A stretch of 32,000 nucleotides of DNA from Phycisphaera mikurensis NBRC 102666. Lineage in GTDB: Bacteria > Planctomycetota > Phycisphaerae > Phycisphaerales > Phycisphaeraceae. Shown one piece after another: positions 30,649-32,000 of the stretch. The stretch lies in the NCBI RefSeq assembly GCF_000284115.1, contig NC_017080.1:540001-572000 (forward strand), given 5' to 3'. Within the stretch, counting starts at the first letter, position 1. Each line of letters starts with the position of its first letter. A program made the translations under genes and the position numbers. A model generated the notes under the pieces. That model did not search any database and had not been told where the DNA came from. It saw only the letters and a list, made by a program, of their open reading frames with translations.

Positions 30649-31962
30649 ATGCCGCCGCTGAACGTCCTCTACCTGCACTCCCACGACACCGGCCGCTTCG
30701 TGCGGCCGCACGGCCACGCGGTGCCCACGCCCAACCTGCAGGCCTTCGCCGAGCGGGGCGTGCTGTTCCGCCAGGCCTTCTCCGCCGGCCCGACGTGCTC
30801 GCCCAGCCGGGCGACGCTCTTCACGGGCCGGCCGCCGCACGCGGTGGGCATGTACGGGCTCGCCCACGAGGGCTGGTCGCTGGAGCCCGGGTGCGAGACC
30901 CTCGTCACCACGCTCGGCCGCGCCGGCTACCGGACGGTGCTCGGCGGGTTCCAGCACCTCACCGCCTGGGCCGACGACGACTGGCGGACGCTCGGCTACG
31001 CCGCCGCCAGCCCCGCCCGCAACGGCACGGCCGCGGAGCGGACCGCGGCCGCGTGCGCCTTCCTGCGGGGCCCGCACGACCGCCCGTTCTTCCTGGACCT
31101 CGGCTTCATCGAGACCCACCGCCGGGGCGACGCGGACCGCGACGGCGAGCCGATCCAGTGGCACAACGGCCGGTCCGAACCACTCGGCGATCCGCGGTAC
31201 GTCCGCGTGCCCGCGACGCTCCCGGACACGCCTGCGACCCGCACCGACTTCGCCGACTTCCTCGCCTCCGCAGAGCGCCTGGACCGCTGCTGCGGCGAGG
31301 TGCTCGCAGCGCTCGACGCGGCCGGCCTCCGCGAAGACACGATCGTCCTGATCACCACCGACCACGGCATCGCCTTCCCCGGGATGAAGTGCAACCTCAC
31401 CGATCACGGCACCGGCGTGCTGATGATGCTCGCCGGGCCGGAGCGGCTCGGGCTCGCCGGCGGCCGCGTGATCGACGCGATGGTGACGCACGCCGACGTC
31501 TTCCCCTCGCTCTGCGGGTGGCTGGGCCTGCCCGAGCCTCCGGGCCTGACCGGCCGCTCGCTCGCGCCGCTGCTCGACGGGCGGCTGGATCCCGCGCAGC
31601 CCGACGCGCTCCACGACGCCGTCTTCACGCAGGTCAACCACCACCTCCGCCGCGAGGTGGAGCGTGCGATCCGCACCCCGCGCTTCAAGTACATCCGCCG
31701 GTACCAGGACGACCCGATCACGGCCCACAGCACCGACGCCTCGGTGTCGGAGCGGGTGATGCGTGAAGCCGGCTGGGGCGAGCAGCCGCTGCCCGCGGAG
31801 CGGCTGCACGACCTCTGGCTCGACCCGCAGGAGTCCTGCGACCTCGCCGCAGGAGCCGAGCACGCCGGCACGGTCGCCGCCCTGCGCGGAAGCCTCGAGG
31901 CGTGGATGCGACGCCACGGCGACCCGGCGCTGCGCCACGCGGTGCCCGAGCCCGCCCGCTGA
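30649..31962 (+). CDS. Cys-type (formylglycine) sulfatase, no signal peptide
   Basis: ORF track 30649..31962. MPPLNVLYLHSHDTGRF..., GPTCSPSRATLFTG (C-x-P-x-R), ITTDHGIAFPGMKCNLTDHG. Confidence 0.9.
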   Translation: MPPLNVLYLHSHDTGRFVRPHGHAVPTPNLQAFAERGVLFRQAFSAGPTCSPSRATLFTGRPPHAVGMYGLAHEGWSLEPGCETLVTTLGRAGYRTVLGGFQHLTAWADDDWRTLGYAAASPARNGTAAERTAAACAFLRGPHDRPFFLDLGFIETHRRGDADRDGEPIQWHNGRSEPLGDPRYVRVPATLPDTPATRTDFADFLASAERLDRCCGEVLAALDAAGLREDTIVLITTDHGIAFPGMKCNLTDHGTGVLMMLAGPERLGLAGGRVIDAMVTHADVFPSLCGWLGLPEPPGLTGRSLAPLLDGRLDPAQPDALHDAVFTQVNHHLRREVERAIRTPRFKYIRRYQDDPITAHSTDASVSERVMREAGWGEQPLPAERLHDLWLDPQESCDLAAGAEHAGTVAALRGSLEAWMRRHGDPALRHAVPEPAR

Positions 31963-32000
31963 GCGGGCTCCGCCACGCCCGCACCCGCTCCGACCCGCGG

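Noticed and set aside
1-32000. Search for tRNA/rRNA genes, IS elements, integrases, phage or defence-system genes
   Set aside because: I saw no T-loop-like GGTTCGA motifs, rRNA-like segments, transposase or integrase motifs, or terminal inverted repeats flanking a gene. The window looks like core or accessory chromosomal DNA rather than a mobile island.

Overview
High-GC (roughly 70% or more by eye, not computed) bacterial chromosomal segment. The gene content looks like Planctomycetota, probably Phycisphaerae-like. This is an inference from two prepilin-like DUF1559/H-X9-DG-type proteins, PEP-CTERM surface proteins and several Cys-type sulfatases; no marker gene is present to confirm it. I support 27 CDSs. 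Most long ORFs in the track are run-on or shadow frames typical of high GC, so I trimmed starts by eye to internal start codons that give signal peptides or family-typical N-termini, and checked each for frame against the track. Layout: (i) 1-9400 is a glycan-utilisation module with a sulfatase, an AraC regulator, then divergently prepilin-like + PEP-CTERM + secreted GH2 + GH43-like + PhyH-type dioxygenase. (ii) 9469-14187 is a minus-strand string of envelope and housekeeping genes: PEP-CTERM-like cyclophilin, Tat-signal amidase_2, MscS-like channel, stand-alone CoaB and an M16-like protein lacking HxxEH. (iii) 14629-19127 is a plus-strand putative operon of DMT transporter, dual-PilZ protein, Aas-like AMP-ligase and hexapeptide acyltransferase. 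(iv) The next block holds a DUF4130-UdgX-like fusion carrying GEQPG and KRRIH motifs, an overlapping nitrilase-superfamily/GNAT pair, QueE and two lipoproteins. (v) 25240-31962 is a second, mirror-image glycan module with PEP-CTERM + prepilin-like genes, a XylR-type regulator, CBM-GH30-like enzyme and sulfatase. I saw no rRNA, tRNA, CRISPR array, transposase or integrase. Non-coding structure worth attention: two related 8-bp polypurine tandem arrays just upstream of minus-strand starts, a 103-bp tandem repeat in which each unit is a long hairpin, a small family of CCGCGGACCG/CGGTCCGCGG hairpin elements (one inside a coding region), and a motif triplet shared by the two divergent regulator/pilin promoter regions. 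All family calls come from motif recognition by eye; no database search was run.
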